From NCBI GenBank assembly GCA_951406725.2, contig OX597818.1:132184001-132248000 (forward strand): DNA of 64,000 nt, read 5' to 3'. Each line of letters begins with the position of its first letter. The first letter of the stretch is position 1. Positions 44,951 through 57,025 of this stretch are shown one piece after another. The DNA comes from Octopus vulgaris (lineage: Eukaryota). The notes under the pieces are model-generated. The model did not search any database. It had not been told where the DNA came from and saw only the letters and a program-made list of their open reading frames with translations. Position numbers and translations under genes: made by a program.

Positions 44951-46208
44951 TGTATTCAAAAAGTATCTGACTTTACTTTTCCCACCAAAATAATGGCGTG
45001 TGACAAAATCCTTCAGGTGAGAGGTGACACCACGTTTCCTGCACATGCGGTAAAATTTTTGCACTGGTAGGCCACATCAGTTTCCTGCTGTTATGCCTAG
45101 AGTACAGACATGTAGTGTATATCGTTAGATTTTCATTTACATGCAAGATGACTGAACGCAAATTTTTGCTGAAAGCTTGGTGATACTCAAACTCAAACCC
45201 TCCAGTAGATTCAGCAGGCCTTTAGCTATGATTCTATGGGCAAAACTCAGATAAATGGGTTGTAAAACTGCTTCAAATATGGCCACACCTCAGTGGAGAG
45301 TGAGGCATGCTCTGGCAATCTATCCAGAAGCTAGCTGAAAGGAGGGACCGATTGAGATGGTGTGGCAAATAGTAATGGAAGACTGTCATGTAAGAGTTCA
45401 GGAAATTTCTCACGAAGTGGGAATAAGTACAGGTCATTGCATACCATTTTATTGGAGCATTTGTGCATGTGGAGAGTGCTGGCGAAATGCATCCCCAAAG
45501 TGCTGGCAGAGCAGCAGAAGTGACTGCATGGACATTGCTCAAGATATGCTGAACAGTGCAAACCACAATCCAGATTTAATGAAAACCATCATTACTGGTG
45601 ATGAGGTATGGATTTATGGTTACAACCCAGAAACCAAGTTACAGTTTTCCCAATGGAAGCGTTCATCATACCAAGGCCCTAAATGGCATAACAGATTTGC
45701 AGCAATGTGAACAAAGTGTTGACCTGTTTCTCTGACTCCTCTGGTATTGTGCATCATGAATATGCGCCAGAAGGCCAAGCAATCAATAAAGAGTACTACC
45801 TGGAGATTATACATTGTTTTCTTGATGCTGTACATCGAAAGTGGTTGGACATGTGAGCAGTGAAGAATTGACAACTTCACCACAACAATGCGCCTGCTCA
45901 TTATGCCCACATAATCCAAGCCTTACTGTTCAAGAGCAACACACCACTTGTTAGACATGATCCTTGCTCTCTTGGCTTGGCTCCATGAGACTTCTGACTT
46001 TTTGCCAAACTGAAAACCACACGAGGAAATTATTAGAGAAGCAGAGCTCAATATCATTCCAGAAAAGGTGTTCCAGAGTTGTCATCAGAAGTTGCAGAAC
46101 TGGTAGGATAAGTGTGTGAGTGCCTAAGAAGGTGATTAAATAAAATTTGTGAAATGTACAAAATTGTTTTTTATACCCAATGGTCAGATATTTTTTGAAT
46201 GCACTTCA
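44946..46208 (+). mobile_element. Full-length (~1.26 kb) decayed mariner (DD34D) transposon
   Basis: 26-bp TIRs TGAGATGTATTCAAAAAGTATCTGAC (44946) and GTCAGATATTTTTTGAATGCACTTCA (46183-46208) match at 22/26, with TA flanks inside (TA)n. Transposase motifs IITGDEVWIYGYNPETK, HHNNAPAH and a degenerate YSPDLAPCDF are broken by stops and frameshifts. Confidence 0.93.
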
Positions 46209-46275
46209 TATATACATATATATATAAAACACATATCTATCTATCTATTTATTAATCTATCTATCTCTCTATCTC

Positions 46276-46372
<97 letters not shown>

Positions 46373-46900
46373 TAGCTTAAAAGCTGCCTGGAGGGCTCTT
46401 CATTAGGCCTTGGGCCCAACAATGACACTCCATGCATTATGTACATATTAAACTTTATTAAACTTGAACAATTTTCATCAAAATAATGATATAATGTGTC
46501 GACTTGGAACTTATTGCAAAGCTGCATGATGAGCAACAGTACCACCACCATCACTACTACATCTGCCATATACACCATTCAGACTTCTGACATCACCACC
46601 ATCAATACTTTTGACTTCGCCACCTTCCCCTCCACTACCATCATCTCTGTCTTTCACATCACTTACTCTCAACGTTATCCCTGACCGTGTCAGCTACCAC
46701 CACCACCACCATAAATGCCGCCTCCACCTCTATCACAACTACAGCTCATACTATTAATATCACCCCATTACCATCAGTGTTCAGTATGCTAGTTCAGTAT
46801 GTTGGTTCAGTGTTCAGTCCCTCTTTCTCTCACATACACACCCTTTCTCTCTCTCTCTTATTATCATTCCCACTGCCACCATCAATACTACTACTTTGAA

Positions 46901-47120
46901 CCCTTTCATTACCAACCCAGCTGAAACCGGCTCTGGCTCTGAGTACAAATGTCTTGTTTTCATAAGTTTTGAATTAAGATCCTCCACCAAACTTTAGTCA
47001 CAATTTATGTTCCTAACACTAACTGAATGATAACTAAGTTATTTTACTAAATTCTTTGTTATATTTAAAGTAATTGAAAGAAATGCAGAGCATCTCAAAA
47101 TAAATACAGTAACGAAAGGG
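46901..47120. mobile_element. piggyBac-type MITE, family B
   Basis: TIRs CCCTTTCATTAC and GTAACGAAAGGG; flanks TGAA and TTAA; 220 bp; interior unlike family A. Confidence 0.75.
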
Positions 47121-47441
47121 TTAATAAAAGATCATCAACTCTCCCTAAATTTCTTTGTCTCTCTTTCTCTCCCTCTCTTTTTCTTTCTCTTTCTCTCTCT
47201 GTCTGTCTTTGCCACCACCCTCACCATCTTTATGCCTACCACTACTTTCACCCAGCATGAAGAACAGTAGAAATGTCATTGAATAGTGACGCACAGAAAT
47301 TAGTTTTTGCATTTATTATATTAGATGTATATGCAAAAACACATATATGTACTGGGACATCCCATAAATAATGTGGGATTTTTATATGGCTTTTATTTTT
47401 CAAAATCAAGGTAAACAAAGTTCTTTTTTAATCTAAAATAT

Positions 47442-47741
47442 CATCACGTCATCACGTGACCGACCAGTCCATCAGATGTAGTTACACATCGCTGGTCACA
47501 ATGCGTTCGCATTGTTTTAGCCTTCGAATGACGCCACCCCGCTGGCTAAGCAAGCAGGCCAACAGAAGAAAGAGTGGGAGAAAGAGTGGTGAAAGAGTAC
47601 AGCAGGGATCACCACCTCCTGCCGGAGCCTCGTGGAGCTTTTAGGTGTTTTCGCTCAATAAACACTCACAACGCCCGGTCTGGGAATCGAAACTGCGATC
47701 CTACGACCGCGAGTCCGCAGCCCAAACCATTGCGCCTCCAC
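47442..47741 (-). mobile_element. tRNA-derived SINE (octopus OR1/OR2-type head) with 13-bp TSD
   Basis: Minus head GTGGAGGCGCAATGG...GGACTCGCGGTCGTAGGATCGCAGTTTCGATTCCCAGACC is tRNA-Arg-like. TSD TAATCTAAAATAT at 47429-47441 and 47742-47754. Confidence 0.85.
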
Positions 47742-47940
47742 TAATCTAAAATATAATCTCCTTAATTTTCTACCATGCTCTCCATTACTTGTGAAGATCA
47801 CTGGTGGACCTGGTCAGCTCTACACATGATGACACCTCTGAGACCCCTAACTTGAAATTATCCCAGCCCCATCAAGCAAGAGCATGAAGCCAAGCCAGCC
47901 AACTGTCTCAGGAGGTACAGAACAATATATATATAGAGAG

Positions 47941-48024
47941 AATACCAAACGAGTTCCCTATGGATACCGTATTTACGAGTGGCTTGTAATAAATACGGTA
48001 TCCATAGGGAATGAGTTTGGTATT
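47941..48024. repeat. 35-bp-arm hairpin at the end of an unclassified repeat (~47935-48210)
   Basis: AATACCAAACGAGTTCCCTATGGATACCGTATTTA pairs with TAAATACGGTATCCATAGGGAATGAGTTTGGTATT at 32/35 positions. Confidence 0.85.
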
Positions 48025-48249
48025 TTATTTATTACACACGAATAAACGACCATATTTTATTAACTCAATAACTAAATTCTTCACGTTTAGTTGTAACTTA
48101 TGAATGACAAAAGTAGTGCCGTCACCGTGATGTCGGGTCATCACCATGGATTGACCAATCAGAAGCAGCGCTCGCAGTATCTGACATATGTTAGATACCA
48201 AAAATATCTCTCAGTGTTCTCACTCACATGTGTGTAATATATATATATA

Positions 48250-48460
48250 TGAGCTAGCAGAAACATTAGTACGCTGGGCGAAATGCTTACCGCTATTTTG
48301 TCTGCTTTTAGGTTCTGAGTTCAAATTTCGCCGAGGTCGATTTTGCCTGTCATCCTTTCAGGGTCGATAAATTAAGTACCAGATGCATACTGGGATCGAT
48401 CCAATCGACTGGCCCCCCTTCCCCAGAATTTCAGGCCTTGAGCCTAGAGTAGAAAAGAAT
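48250..48460 (+). mobile_element. SINE with Nin/Deu-like central domain
   Basis: GAGCTAGCAGAAACATTAG head, GAGTTCAAATT B box, and GCCTGTCATCCTTTCAGGGTCGATAAATTAAGTACC domain. Confidence 0.75.
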
Positions 48461-48574
48461 ATATATATAATCCACTTGCAAAGTACCAAAAGTATTACAA
48501 CTTTTAAAAAAGTGTTGAAAGAACTTTCAACAACTTCTGGGTTGATTTTGGTATGAACAACAGCAACACATTAA

Positions 48575-48795
48575 CCCTTTAGCATATAAACTGGTTATAT
48601 CCGGCCAAAAGTATTCTGCCATTTTTATGTTCAAACTGGCCAGATCTGGTCTCTCACACCAACCCTACAATATCGTTTTAAAACTTAACAGCTGCCTCAT
48701 CAAAATCTCATAGCTACAAGATAATGCATGATTAGTTCAAAACAAAGTGGATCGAAAAGCATCAATTTTGGTAGAATAATGCGAGCACTAAAGGG
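48575..48795 (-). mobile_element. piggyBac-type MITE, family A copy 2
   Basis: TTAA TSDs at 48571-48574 and 48796-48799; CCCTTTAG/CTAAAGGG termini; reverse-complement similarity to copy 1. Confidence 0.88.
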
Positions 48796-49415
48796 TTAAA
48801 GAACATATGAAAGATTCATTTGTTGAAAGACATGCAGTCGTCATTAAGGTCTTTCAATCACGAATTAACAACCACAATGCATAATTGTATATACTTTGCT
48901 TCGCATAGAAGTAACAGCAATCATATATTGTAGAAATGTCACTTGCAAACAGACAGCTGTCCTGTCCAGAGTAGAGTTATATCTCCTCAGTTCAAAGTTA
49001 TAAAGGAATACCTCAATACTTGACTTCATAGTAATCAAACTTATTCACATTCTACAAACTCACATTTAATCCTTCAAAAGATGCTTTTAGAGATATTTAT
49101 TTATGTTATCTATTATCAACATCTAGACCAACTCTAAATAGGCTTCTCATGATTGCATAATTATTTCTATTGGTTGAATTGAATACCACACGCTGCCAGA
49201 TAATTTTGTCATTCTTTGACTTCTCTGCATGTCAGATTCACTTTGGTATTGCTTATAATTAATGCTTAATCAAACTGCAGTTGATAACTCAGACTTGTTT
49301 AAGCAGAAATATCAAATATTCTTAGTTGTTTTCTGTTAATTCAGATTGCTGTAGCTTTCATATGCCAGTGGTTCCTACACATTTTAAGGATTGCAGTATA
49401 GTTCTGAAAATACCT

Positions 49416-49697
49416 TTTTCTTTATTACCCACAAGGGGCTAAACACAGAAGGGACAAAGACAGACATAGGTATTAAGTCGATTACATCGCCCCAGTGCAT
49501 AACTGGTACTTAATTTATCGACCCCGAAAAGATGAAAGGCAAATTCGACCTCGGTGGAATTTGAACTCAGAACGTAACGACAGACGAATTACAGCGACGC
49601 ATTTCGCCTGGCGTGCTAACGTTTCTGCCAGCTCACCGCCTGGCATAAATTAAGTACCAGTTACGCACTGGAGTCGATGTAATTGACTCAATCCCTT
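49416..49697 (-). mobile_element. Nin/Deu-domain SINE plus an inverted internal fragment, inside one 11-bp TSD
   Basis: Minus copy at 49416-49640, plus-orientation fragment at 49645-49697, TSD TGAAAATACCT at 49405-49415 and 49698-49708. Confidence 0.8.
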
Positions 49698-49865
49698 TGA
49701 AAATACCTCAAAGAAAAACATTGTACTCTTGAAATACTTATAATATTTTTTTTCCTTTTACTGTTTTCAATGATTCCCATGACTCATTGTCACCAATTCC
49801 ATTATTATGATTTTGAATTGTGAGCTTGAGTCATAGAGAATCTTTCGTTAACTGATTACATAACT

Positions 49866-50273
49866 GGTGCAGGAGTGGCTCTGTGGTAAGTAGCTTGCTA
49901 ACCAACCACATGGTTCCAGGTACAATCCCACTGCGTGGCATCTTGGGCAAGTGTCTTCTGCTATAGCCCCAGGCCGACCAATGCCTTGTGAGTGGATTTG
50001 GTAGACGGAAACTGAAAGAAGCCTGTCGTATATATGTATATATATATGTATGTGTGTGTGTTTGTGTGTCTGTGTTTGTCCCCCTAGCATTGCTTGACAA
50101 CCGATGCTGGTGTGTTTACGTCCCTGTCACTTAGCGGTTCAGCAAAAGAGACTGATAGAATAAGTACTGGGCTTACAAAGAATAAGTCCCGGGGTCGATT
50201 TGCTCGACTAAAGGCGGTGCTCTAGCATGGCCGCAGTCAAATGACTGAAACAAGTAAAAGAGTAAAAAGAGTA
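49866..50273 (+). mobile_element. tRNA-headed SINE with TTGGGCAAGTGTCTT core and internal (TA)/(TG) microsatellite
   Basis: A box GTGGCTCTGTGGTAAG, B-box-like GGTTCCAGGTACAATCCC, tail (GTAAAAGA)n; near-identical copy at 50594. Confidence 0.85.
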
Positions 50274-50593
50274 ACCATGGACGTCACCCCTATGGATGTT
50301 TTATAGTTACTTTCTTGATTGAGCCTGACTGTTGATCTCGGATTCCTCCACTCCTCCATTCAGTATCAATGTAAGAAAGCATCGTTGGCTCAGTTGAGCT
50401 CTCCCACTATCTCTTCACAATTCGCAAAGCTGCATTCCCATGACTTCTCTGAATCCCTGGCAAGGTTACTGAATGGGTGCTATGCCTTGCCAAAGGGCAG
50501 CCCATAACTATGCAGGGCATGGTCATCACTCTGTGAGGTATTTCCAAATACCCACATACCCAGATTTATAAAATACAAAATATTTATGAACAT

Positions 50594-50988
50594 AGAAGTG
50601 GCTGTGTGGTAAGTAGCCTGCTAACCATCCACATGGTTCCGGGTTCAGTCCCACTGCATGGCATCTTGGGCAAGTGTCTTCTGCTATAGCCCCGGGCCGA
50701 CCAATGCCTTGTGAGTGGATTTGGTAGACGGAAACTGAAAGAAGCCTGTCGTATATATGTGTGTGTGTATGTTTGCGTGTCTGTGTTTGTCCCCCTAGCA
50801 TTGCTTGACAACCGATGCTGGTGTGTTTGTGTCCCCGTTACTTAGCAGTTCGGCAAAAGAGACCGATGGAATAAGTACTGGGCTTACAAAAGAATAAGTC
50901 CCGGGGTCGAGTTGCTCGATTAAAGGCGGTGCTCCAGCATGGCCGCAGTCAAATGACTGAAACAAGTAAAGAGTAAAGAGTAAAGAGT
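50594..50988 (+). mobile_element. SINE, same family as 49866-50273
   Basis: Colinear, high-identity match along the whole length; tail (GAGTAAA)n. Confidence 0.85.
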
Positions 50989-51776
50989 ATGTTAATTTGT
51001 ACAGATGGAGTTGTTTATATGCTGACCTCTATTAAGAGTCCAGCATCATTGGTAAAAGCTAAATGAGAAAGCCATGGTAACTCATTGCTTTCTGTAAAGA
51101 AGCCTTGAATGGCAAAAAGATTGTGAGTTGAATTATTTCTGTTATAGATACATGGACCTGAAATTTTGAGAGAGGGTGGTAGTTGATTACATCAACCCCA
51201 GTTCTCAACTTTCAAACATTTTCCTAAAAATTTGTTTATTATTTAAATATTTTAGAAAGGACTGTGGGAGATTACTGATTTTTTTACATGATTTATGATA
51301 GATGCAATCTCTTACTAAACTAGGTAATGTAGCTCACAAATTTACATGTTCTTATGATGACTGTAAATATCAAAATATTACTTACAAATGTAAACCTGCA
51401 TAAGCCTAAATAATTATATATTTTCTTTCTTGCCAAATAACTTTACACATATTCTGCCATAGAAAACAATACGAAATTAGTTGGAAAATCCCATCACTAA
51501 ATAACATTAACCTTTGAAGTTATTGAAAGTTGAATTTACAAGAAAGACTGTGAAGGAAATCTTCATAAATTTTGAATTACTTGCTCACAGTAAAAAGTGA
51601 ATTTTGACTTTCCCTCTAAGATGACTCTGTGAATGTACATATGGAGATGTCAACTGCTAAATGAGCCAAGAGCATATGTTGATCACATAAATCAAGTTGC
51701 ATGGTTACAGGGTCATATCTATTATTTACTAAGCATATATATATATGTATATGTGTGTTAGGTTGATACACATGAG

Positions 51777-51803
<27 letters not shown>

Positions 51804-51809
<6 letters not shown>

Positions 51810-52059
51810 CAAAATGGCACAAGAATGCAAAATGTCCAAATAGACGATACAAAAATCACGGACGGGTCATTCAAAGCCTTTAATCTTCAGTCAAGAACCG
51901 GATCATCCTTGCAATTTCGGCTGATTAGTCAAGATTATTCAGCCAAAATTGCGAGGATGATCCGGTTCTTGACTGAAGATTAAAGACTTTGAATGCGCCG
52001 TCCGTGTTTTTTATATCATCTATTTGGACATTTTGCATTCTTGTCCCATTTTGTATTTT
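51804..52059. repeat. Long imperfect palindrome (~120-bp arms, ~14-nt loop) inserted in (TA)n
   Basis: 51804-51924 is the reverse complement of 51939-52059 with scattered mismatches. Confidence 0.9.
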
Positions 52060-52097
52060 TTATATATATATATAGTGGCGTACGTACACTTTGTTCT

Positions 52098-52161
<64 letters not shown>

Positions 52162-53511
52162 CATATTTATACACACATATATACACACACAACAGTAAAA
52201 GAACTGAAGTTTTCACACTTGTATACTTTGTGTTTGCCACTTATTGAAAACAACATACAATCTTTTTTTCTTTTTTAATTTTGCAAGTTGGCACAATTAC
52301 AAAAATTTGGTCAAACTGTGGTTTGTAAAATTTCATTTTTACCATTTAAATACAAAAAAAAAACCCAAAGAAAATTATATTAGACTTATGAAAAGGATAA
52401 AATAGAAGCTGAATGAGAGATCATAAAGAAACAGAATGATAAAAAATGGACAAAGTGAAGTATGTGAAATACCCAGATGCTTTAAGAGACAGAGAGGAAA
52501 GTAAAACGCATAAAAAAAAGAAAAATTGGAGAGGAAATACAAAAGAGTAAGATAATAAAAATTGACTTGAAACAGATTAAGAGGAAGAGAATTGAAAGAA
52601 GAGAGAGAATTGAAACAGAACAAAGTAATATATGTAATGGGGCAGTGTAAGTCACTAGGAAGATACTATATGTTTATATGTGAGTGATATTGCAGAAAGT
52701 GAGTATTGTGACAGAGGATAACATAGCAACGTATGTAAATAGGCATATGATGAAAGAGAGAGAGGAAAAGGAGAACGTAAATTATTGAAAAATGAAGGCT
52801 AAGAATAAAAGCTCAGACAAGTGGTGAGAACATTTCAGTAAAACAGTCATGTTGATCAATAAATACATCAGAAAAATAAATTAAAATGATAAACTCAGAT
52901 GAAAATGAAAGTGTTTGTAATAAAATGAGACAAAATTCAATTAAAATAAAATCAAGTAGAGTGAAGTAGATGTTTGAATATTCAGTTGATAAAAACATGT
53001 CATTTTTGTATGTTATTAAGACAAATCACACTACATTGGATGTGACAGGTCATTAAAACTTTTCATTCTTATATCTAATACTTTGGAACAGTGTTTATCT
53101 ATAAAGAAACCTTTTACTCCAAATCCAAAAGTTTCCAGAAGTACCAAAGAATTTCAAGGAATTTTGAAAAGATTGAAGAATTTCATAACTTAGGTTTCAG
53201 TAAATTCAGCCAATAGGTAGGATAAAGTTTCATAAAATACATTTATTTTGGCGAAGACATTTCAAAACCAGTTCATTCTTTGAGCTCAACAAGTTGCTAA
53301 GATGGTAAAAAGGAAAAGTTTTTTGTTGATTCATTGTTAACACAACCCAGATCCTCCACAATATGGTGTAATTTTTACCTCTGGTATCATATTGCAAGAT
53401 CTTTTATTTTTTAGATGCTGAACATGTTGCAAGAGTATGACACTATTTCTTTTACTCTGGGCACCCCACAAAAATATATATGGCATGAGTCCTGAAGATT
53501 TTCTCATTTAA

Positions 53512-53730
53512 CCCCTTAGTATTTAAACCGGCCATATCCGGCCAAAATATTTAATCTGTTTTATGTTCAAACTGACCAGATCCAGGCTCTCACACCTACC
53601 CTACAATGTTATTCTACATTAAGTAATTACACCATCAACATCTTGAAGATATGAGATAAGGCATGATTAATTCAAATCAATGTGAATCAATAAGTATTAT
53701 GTTTGATAGAATAATCTGAACACTAAAGGG
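53512..53730 (-). mobile_element. piggyBac-type MITE, family A copy 3
   Basis: TTAA TSDs at 53508-53511 and 53731-53734; about 10 differences in 219 bp from copy 1 by manual comparison. Confidence 0.9.
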
Positions 53731-54334
53731 TTAAGGCTAAATAAACTTCTCTGCAGTCTGTCAATTTCATTATGATGCAGTGTGCAATTTCTTTGCTTAG
53801 GCATTTGTCATTGAATGAACAGAAGCTAATCTTCACACTCTCATTCTGTAAAGATACTGTTATGTAGCTGTTGTAGATTCCTTGTTGATGCTAGAATTTA
53901 TTTGCCAGTACAGCCAAGAATTCTCTGAAAGTTATTTCAGAGAATTCTGACAAATATTCTGAGGTACCTATGACTTTTAGGAAAATGTCTCTGTGTCAGA
54001 TTTATGAAAGTTTTGACAATATTATCTCTAAGCTGGAATGGAGTTAAATCAAATGAAATTGTGTTTACATGGTTTTTTGGTGTGTTTTTTAATATAACTG
54101 ATAGGTAAATATTGTATTTTATCCAAGAAACTACTTTTTCTTAAGGCATTATAACATGGTGCACTCAATAAAAAAATTCCCTCTTCTAGTAATAAACTTT
54201 AGATGCACCAACTCATGTTATTTACAAGATCCTTCAAGATGTGACAGTGATGATTGGAAGACTTATAAATACATACCATTAGATCTTGAAACAGCAGATT
54301 CCTCAGTTTTAAAATATAATGTGATATCCAATGG

Positions 54335-54719
54335 TGGAAGCACTCCGTTAGTTACGACGACGAGGGTTCCAGTTGATCCGATCAACGGAACAACCAGCTC
54401 GTGAAATTAATGTGCAAGTGGCTGAGCACTCCACAGACACGTGTACCCTTAACGTAGTTCTCGGGGATATTCAGCGTGACACAGAGAATGATAAGGCCAG
54501 CCCTTTGAAATACAGGTACAACAGAAACAGGAAGTAAGAGTGAGAGAAAGTTGTGATGAAAGAGTACAGCAGGGATCACCACCATCCCCTGCTGGAGCCT
54601 CGTGGAACTTTAGGTGTTTTCGCTCAATAAACACTCACAACGCCCGGTCTGGGAATCGAAACCGCGATCCTATGACTGCGAGTCCGCTGCTCTAACCACT
54701 GGGCCATTGCGCCTCCACT
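54335..54719 (-). mobile_element. tRNA-derived SINE (OR1/OR2-type head, different 3' tail) with 11-bp TSD
   Basis: Shares its 5' ~170 bp with 47442-47741. TSD ATATCCAATGG at 54324-54334 and 54720-54730. Confidence 0.85.
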
Positions 54720-55084
54720 ATATCCAATGGATAATGTTGGTAGTAAATGTAATTCTAAAACCAAATAATTTTAATGTATTAATAAGATCTTTGTTAAATG
54801 CATCTACCTGATGGTAGGTGATATAATAGGAAATTAACAGGCCATTATCTCCATAATAACCAAATCTTGTTAGGTTGAATTTCTTCTGAAAAGAACCTAA
54901 TTGTATAATCCCGCAAGCCTACAAATCTCGGTCCCATCATCTGAGCTCACATCTACATCAAGTAGCTTATTGTCATTACATCTTATCAAAACTTTGCCTA
55001 AAAAGGTGTGAACATTTTCTGGCCTGTCTGCCTGCCTGACTGCTTGACTGACTGGCACACACACACACACAAACACATACTCAC

Positions 55085-55103
55085 AAAGGCGATCATTTAA
55101 GGG
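55085..55103 (-). other. Candidate 19-nt microexon (CCCTTAAATGATCGCCTTT)
   Basis: Minus strand reads aattcAG|19 nt|GTgagt. The donor is strong and the polypyrimidine tract weak. It reads PLNDRL in phase 0 and introduces a stop in phase 2. Confidence 0.25.
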
Positions 55104-55213
55104 CTGAATTACTACATTTGATCAAATGCATAATCAATCAAGACTGAACTGGGGCAGAAAAAGAATCCCTTCTTTGAAATTTAGTTATGAAAGTTTAATG
55201 CTTATTACTCATT

Positions 55214-55683
55214 CATACATACATACATCCATACATACATCCATACATCCATACATACATCCATACATCCATACATACATACATCCATCCATACATACAT
55301 ATATACATACATACATCCATACATACATCCATACATAATACATACATACATCCATACATACATCCATCCATCCATACATACATCCATACATCCATACATA
55401 CATATATACATACATACATCCATACATCCATACATACATCCATACATCCATACATACATATATACATACATACATACATACATACATACATCCATACATA
55501 ATACATACATACATCCATACATCCATACATACATCCATACATACATCCATACATCCATACATACATATATACATACATACATCCATACATCCATACATAC
55601 ATAATACATACATACATCCATACATCCATCCATCCATCCATCCATCCATCCATCCATGCATCCATACATACATACATACATAT

Positions 55684-55716
<33 letters not shown>

Positions 55717-56002
55717 TACATACATATATACATACATACATACATGCATGCATACATCCATACATACATCCATACATCCATCCATACATACATCCATACA
55801 TACATACATACATACATACATACATCCATACATCCATCCATACATACATCCATCCATCCATCCATCAATACATACATACATACATACATACATCATTACA
55901 TACATCCATACATACATACATACATCCATACATCCATACATCCATCCATCCATCCATCCATCCATCCATACATACATACATACATACATACATGCATGCA
56001 TG
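55214..56002. repeat. ~790-bp compound (CATA)n/(CATC)n tetranucleotide array
   Basis: Direct inspection. Confidence 0.97.
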
Positions 56003-56316
56003 CTACAGATGATCACAACATCTATTTCAATAAAAGTCTGCAATACAATATTAAGATGTAAAAGATGGTAAACAAAAGAAGATGCTTTCCTTCACAGCAT
56101 TGATGCTAAGATGGTGGCCAGTTAATATTAACTAAATTAAAAAGAGAGAAATATACATGCAAGTATGTAAATACGCATATCTGTCTGTCTGTATGTATGC
56201 AGGTATGTATATTTCTCATTCAGCTCAAATGCATTTCATCATATATATGTGTGTGTATCTATCTATCTATCTATCTATCTGTATATGTATATATATATAT
56301 ATGTATATATATATAT

Positions 56317-56370
<54 letters not shown>

Positions 56371-56375
<5 letters not shown>

Positions 56376-56570
56376 TCCAAACAAGAAAGCACAACAATGC
56401 GAGGATGTGGAACAAATATAGTATTATTGGACGCTCAGGAAAGAAGGAAAGAAGGAGGGTTTAATGTTTCGAGTGGAGCTCTTCGTCGGAAACATAGGAG
56501 AAGGAAAGATCCAGAGAAGAGAAGACAGAGGAAAAAAAATCGGCAACAGTACACACGAGGTCACATTTTA
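56371..56570 (-). mobile_element. Penelope-type pseudo-LTR remnant containing a minimal hammerhead motif
   Basis: Inserted in (TA)n. Minus 56459-56493 reads GTTT-CCGACGA-A-GAG-CTCCA-CTC-GAAA-CATTA-AAC. Confidence 0.55.
56459..56493 (-). ncRNA. Minimal type-I hammerhead-ribozyme-like motif (probably mutated)
   Basis: Core C(C)GACGA (consensus CUGANGA), helix II GAG/CUC, GAAA, UH = UA, short helix I GUU/AAC. Confidence 0.45.
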
Positions 56571-56629
56571 CACACACACATATATATACATATACATATA
56601 TATACATATACATACATATATATATATAT

Positions 56630-57025
56630 GCACAGGAGTGGCTGTGTGATAAGTAGCTTGCTTCCCAACCACATGGTTTGTGGTTCAGTCCCACTGCATG
56701 GCACCTTGGGCAAGTGTCTTCTGCTACAACCCTAGGTCAACCAAAGCCTTGTGAGTGGATTTGGTAGATGGAAACTGAAAGAAGCTCATCGTATATATAT
56801 ATATATATATATGTTTGTGTGTCTGTGATGTCTCCTCACCATTGCTTGACAACCGATGTTGGCGTGTTTACATCTCTGTAACATAGCAGTTTGGCAAAAG
56901 AGACTGATAGAATAAGTACTTGGCTTACAAAGAATAAGTCCTGGGTTCGATTTGTTCGACTAAAAGGTGGTGCTCCTGCATGGCCACAATCAAAACATGT
57001 AAAAGAATAAAAGGAGTAAAAAGAA
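56630..57025 (+). mobile_element. SINE, same family as 49866-50273
   Basis: Colinear match. Further partial copies lie at ~57035-57155 (-) and ~57232-57385 (+). Confidence 0.8.

Noticed and set aside
45146-46060. Active or domesticated mariner transposase
   Set aside because: Multiple stops and frameshifts and altered catalytic motifs indicate a dead copy.
52810-53460. Possible highly decayed transposase fragments (also 48810-49400, 53740-54050, 62700-63120)
   Set aside because: No diagnostic motif or termini could be read by eye.
54640-54719. tRNA-Arg-like sequence (also 47670-47741 and 58944-59005)
   Set aside because: SINE heads: each continues into SINE body with TSDs or is truncated, and no complete acceptor stem is evident.
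55205-56071. 200-276 aa MDGW/MYVC ORFs
   Set aside because: Products of the (CATA/CATC)n array.
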